This document shows positions 40,345-43,260 of a stretch of 43,260 bases of DNA, piece by piece (within the stretch, counting starts at the first letter, position 1; every line of letters starts with the position of its first letter). The position numbers were made by a program, and so were the translations under genes. Source of the stretch: a virus; IMG/VR virus record IMGVR_UViG_3300045988_009985, one strand, 5' to 3'. The notes beneath the pieces are model-generated. The model ran no database searches and had not been told where the DNA came from. It saw only the letters and a list, made by a program, of their open reading frames with translations.

Positions 40345-40976
40345 TGCCTCTCCTCCAGCATCTCCAGAAACACGTTGCCGCTTGCCTTGCTCACTGCGCC
40401 GTGGTCATTCTTCCAGCGCGTTTCCCAGTTCCGCACGGCGGCTTTCCAGTCCTTCATGCGGTTTTTGCCGACCATCCAGCCCTTCTGCTGGTAGAACGAC
40501 ACAAAGCGCTCTGCATTGACGTGATAGCCTTTCTCGCTGACATACGCTGCCACGTCGTCATCGGTCGGCGGTGTGAAGCGCGCCGCGCGTGTATCTCTCT
40601 TGCCATCGTCAGATGGCAGAGTATCGGTATCGGTTTCGGTATTGGTTTCGGTATTGCCATTTTTGCCATTGGCAGGAATGGCTGTGCTATCTTTGCCATT
40701 AGCAAAAATGCATTTGCCATTTTGCCATCTTGCAGCAGCACCGGCTTTACCCGCTTCGCTTCTCGCCGTGGATACATCCTCGTAGCTTGCCTTGAACCGA
40801 TCTTCCTGCGCCATCACTCGCTTGGCATAAAATCTCTCATTGCCACAGAGCGCTATCTTCTCTCCCGTCATGCTGTATGCCAGCAATGCCCGCGTTAGAC
40901 GACCGAACTCTGCATCGTTGAGCGCTTCCATCTCCTCTAAATAATCATAGGGGAGGGCAGCATAGTTTCTTGCCAT
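40341..40976 (-). CDS. Phage replisome organiser / DnaD-like replication protein
   Basis: It starts MARNYAALPYDYLEEMEALNDAEFGRLTRALLAYS. The C-terminus reads AAYVSEKGYHVNAERFVSFYQQKGWMVGKNRMKDWKAAVRNW. Confidence 0.65.
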   Translation of the reverse strand: MARNYAALPYDYLEEMEALNDAEFGRLTRALLAYSMTGEKIALCGNERFYAKRVMAQEDRFKASYEDVSTARSEAGKAGAAARWQNGKCIFANGKDSTAIPANGKNGNTETNTETDTDTLPSDDGKRDTRAARFTPPTDDDVAAYVSEKGYHVNAERFVSFYQQKGWMVGKNRMKDWKAAVRNWETRWKNDHGAVSKASGNVFLEMLEERQ

Positions 40977-40987
40977 TGCGCCACCCC

Positions 40988-41317
40988 TTAGTCCATAAGG
41001 GGGGGATCCTTCTTCATCGCCCCGATGACGTACACGCCGCGCTCCTTGTCCAGCGCCACCTGCACGGTGTAGTCCGTCAGCGCCTGTGTCACCAGCTCCG
41101 CAGGGATCTCCAGATGGTAGCCCCACAGTGTGTCGCAGTCCTCACGCTTCTCGCCGAACTGTACGGCACAGGCGGCGTAGTGCGCATCCATGCCGCGCCT
41201 GAACGCCTCGTTCACGCTCTCCGCGTCCTCGATGTGCTGCCTCTGGCGCTGTACGATGTTTTCCAGGTGCCGATTCTGCCGCCGCAGACCCTTGATCTCA
41301 TCCTGCATCGTTCCCAT
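40988..41317 (-). CDS. Coiled-coil hypothetical protein
   Basis: It is an ORF within the operon with no named motif. Confidence 0.45.
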   Translation of the reverse strand: MGTMQDEIKGLRRQNRHLENIVQRQRQHIEDAESVNEAFRRGMDAHYAACAVQFGEKREDCDTLWGYHLEIPAELVTQALTDYTVQVALDKERGVYVIGAMKKDPPLMD

Positions 41318-41522
41318 TCTTTTCTTCCTTTCTCTCGTACTCGTCCGTCAGATGCCGTGCGATGGTGCAATGCTCCCACGCACCGGCACAGAATTGATTC
41401 ATGAAGCGGGATGCCGCACCGCCCGTCTCGAAGCTGACGCGGCTTCCGCCCTCGCAGCAGACCCGCCGTTTCTCGCTGCTGGTGAAGTAGGGGCAGGTGT
41501 ACCGCTTGTGCCAGTAATCCAT
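41298..41522 (-). CDS. Small Cys-rich hypothetical protein
   Basis: It reads MDYWHKRYTCPYF...CCEGG...C...C. Confidence 0.45.
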   Translation of the reverse strand: MDYWHKRYTCPYFTSSEKRRVCCEGGSRVSFETGGAASRFMNQFCAGAWEHCTIARHLTDEYERKEEKNGNDAG

Positions 41523-41539
41523 GCCGCTTACCCCTCCCA

Positions 41540-41932
41540 TCAGAACGGCAGGTCGCCGTCGTCCTCGATCTCGGTAAAGCCGGTGGGTCGCGCCGCGCCG
41601 CTGTCCGCGTCCCGTTTGGCGTCGCCAAAGTAGATGTTGTCCGCCAGCACCTCGGCGTTTCGGCGCTTGTTGCCGTCCTTGTCCGTCCAGTCCCGCAACT
41701 GCAAGCGCCCCTCCACCACGGCCATACGGCCCTTAGAGAAATACTTGGAGACAAACTCGGCGGTGTTGCGCCACGCCACCACGTCAATAAAATCCGTGTC
41801 CTTGGTGCCGTCCGCGTTCTTAAAGTCCCGGTCTACCGCCAGCGTGAAACTGGTGACGGCGGTGCCGTTCTGCGTCCTGCGCAGTTCCGGATCGCGGGTC
41901 AGGCGTCCCATAATGAAAATCTTGTTCAGCAT
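41540..41932 (-). CDS. ssb: Single-stranded DNA-binding protein
   Basis: MLNKIFIMGRLTRDPELRRTQNGTAVTSFTLAV forms an OB fold. The acidic tail ends DDGDLPF. Confidence 0.9.
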   Translation of the reverse strand: MLNKIFIMGRLTRDPELRRTQNGTAVTSFTLAVDRDFKNADGTKDTDFIDVVAWRNTAEFVSKYFSKGRMAVVEGRLQLRDWTDKDGNKRRNAEVLADNIYFGDAKRDADSGAARPTGFTEIEDDGDLPF

Positions 41933-41933
41933 T

Positions 41934-42359
41934 TCAAATCTCCTTATCCAATTCTTTTTGTTCCGCAAACTTGTACATCATATGTGCTGCATACGAAATG
42001 GCCTGCATTAGATCCAGTTCCCGTGTGCCTTTCACCTTGGAATAAGCCTTGCATATCTCCGTCCCCTGGAAATACATATGCAATACAACTTTTTCTGGAG
42101 AAAAATCCAACCCCAGCGTATACAGCCCAGCCTGACTGTTGGCTTTTGTAGGTTGAACGTCTTCCTTTTTCTGAAACGCGCCATTCTCCACTCCAAGCTC
42201 TCGCACTAACAGGTCGTATGTGTAGTCAGCCATATCGCCTGTGCAAGAGCACAGAAAGTTTGAGTTGCGACCGATGCGCCTACACACATCAGATTGCGTC
42301 ATACCGTGCTCCCGAATATGCTTTTTTATAGCCGGGATATCAACCTTGATTCGTTTCAT
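41934..42359 (-). CDS. Hypothetical protein, markedly lower GC than its neighbours
   Basis: The N-terminus IKKHIREHGMTQSDVCRRIG is HTH-like. The stretch is AT-richer than the flanking genes. Confidence 0.5.
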   Translation of the reverse strand: MKRIKVDIPAIKKHIREHGMTQSDVCRRIGRNSNFLCSCTGDMADYTYDLLVRELGVENGAFQKKEDVQPTKANSQAGLYTLGLDFSPEKVVLHMYFQGTEICKAYSKVKGTRELDLMQAISYAAHMMYKFAEQKELDKEI

Positions 42360-42378
42360 TTCTTTTCACCCATTCCTC

Positions 42379-42657
42379 TCATAAATAACTTTTTCCGAAC
42401 TCGCGGCGGAAGTCCTCCTCCGTCCAGCCCTGCTCCTCCATTGCCTTGAGCTGCCCGTACCGCCTCAGACGCCGCATCTGGTCGCCGTTCTTATGTACCG
42501 CGCTGCGCCCGTTCCGGTGGCAGCGATTGCCGCACAGGTACACCACAAGACCGTACTTCTCGCTCTTCTTCCGATTCGCGCCGCCGAGAATGTGGTGGCG
42601 CTCCAGCGGGTCACTTGGGTCGTTCCGCCCGCACAAAAAGCATCGCTTGTCGTTCAT
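42379..42657 (-). CDS. Small HNH/zinc-finger-like protein
   Basis: It contains CFLCG...LERHHILGGANRK...LCGNRCH. The start forms an ATGA overlap with the upstream gene. Confidence 0.5.
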   Translation of the reverse strand: MNDKRCFLCGRNDPSDPLERHHILGGANRKKSEKYGLVVYLCGNRCHRNGRSAVHKNGDQMRRLRRYGQLKAMEEQGWTEEDFRREFGKSYL

Positions 42658-43193
42658 ACGCTCACTTCTCCCCACCGGCTCACAAGGGCATCCAGCTCTC
42701 GCGGCGTCATGGTCTCGATGCCGACATCCCGGCAGTCCTGCACGATGGCATCTATCAGCCGCGCCATCTGCTCCGTGTCGTATACGGAGCTGCCGTACCA
42801 AACGGTCACGTTCAGGCAGCCCTTGATTTTGCTGGGGCCGGTATCGGTCATCCATCCGATACCGTTCCGCTCCCAGCTCCGGCAGAACGCCTCCGCTGCC
42901 TTTTCCCGCAGGCACAGCACCTCGCTCACGCCGCCGATGCTCTGTATCTCCTGCCGGTATACCCTCTCTCTCGCAACGCCGTAGTGCGCCGCCAACTTGT
43001 CCAGCAGCACCCACGCATACCCGTTGGCATCCAGGCTCCGTCCCTTGCCCTTGAGGGTGGCGGTGTACTCCTTGCCCGGCTTCAGCGCATCACAGACCTC
43101 CATCGCCGCCTCCGGCGACTTCACCCGCAGGCAGAGCCACGCACCCTCGCTGTCCTGCGACCAACGCGCCGCGTCAACCGTTATCTGCCGCAT
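42654..43193 (-). CDS. NinB/Orf-like recombination mediator (tentative). Its 5' end lies in the terminal repeat.
   Basis: GRSLDANGYAWVLLDKLAAHYG resembles the NinB RSxxQNxxxW segment. On the circle the gene is adjacent to ERF. Confidence 0.45.
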   Translation of the reverse strand: MRQITVDAARWSQDSEGAWLCLRVKSPEAAMEVCDALKPGKEYTATLKGKGRSLDANGYAWVLLDKLAAHYGVARERVYRQEIQSIGGVSEVLCLREKAAEAFCRSWERNGIGWMTDTGPSKIKGCLNVTVWYGSSVYDTEQMARLIDAIVQDCRDVGIETMTPRELDALVSRWGEVSV

Positions 43194-43260
43194 GGTTGTT
43201 CTCCGCTCTCATGCAGCCCCAGCAGAGCCGCTTGCCGTACTTCTTTACCGCGTTCTCTAC
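43162..43260. repeat. Second copy of the 99-bp terminal repeat
   Basis: It is identical to bases 1-99. Confidence 0.9.

Overview
The window is one complete temperate phage genome, closed as a circle. Bases 1-99 are identical to 43162-43260, which gives a unit length of 43,161 bp, and ORFs read straight through the junction. GC is about 60% and Shine-Dalgarno sites are strong GGAGG, which suggests a GC-rich Clostridia-type host; that is inference only. The layout has five parts. (1) A plus-strand lysogeny module at 4.1-7.7 kb holds an XRE repressor, two membrane proteins, a tyrosine integrase and an attP carrying the 3' end of a tRNA gene. (2) A long minus-strand early operon starts at 4070 and wraps through the circle junction to about 33.3 kb. 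It encodes Cro-like HTH proteins, a 27-bp-repeat protein, Gp157, ERF, a NinB-like protein, SSB, a replisome organiser, a G39P-like loader, DUF1064, a PAPS-reductase-like enzyme, a C5-methyltransferase, an ASCH protein and a dNTP pyrophosphohydrolase. (3) A three-gene plus-strand island at 32.0-33.3 kb has its own operator-bearing promoter and its own terminator. (4) A minus-strand late operon runs from 31.7 to 10.7 kb. It encodes TerS, TerL, portal, Prp protease, scaffold, an HK97/N4-gp56-like capsid, collagen-like fibres, holin plus amidase, and a 2241-aa virion-type giant protein. No tape-measure, tail-tube or sheath gene is recognisable. (5) A separately terminated six-gene cassette lies next to attP at 7.8-10.5 kb. 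The most unusual items are the following: a C5-methyltransferase whose motifs are circularly permuted and whose catalytic Cys sits in another frame; an embedded ORF inside that gene ending at a G7 tract; the anti-defence-like (acr/aca-style) island; the giant HExxH protein with a low-GC inserted domain; and the attP-proximal cassette with spore-surface-like proteins. All functional calls come from reading motifs by eye. No database search was run.
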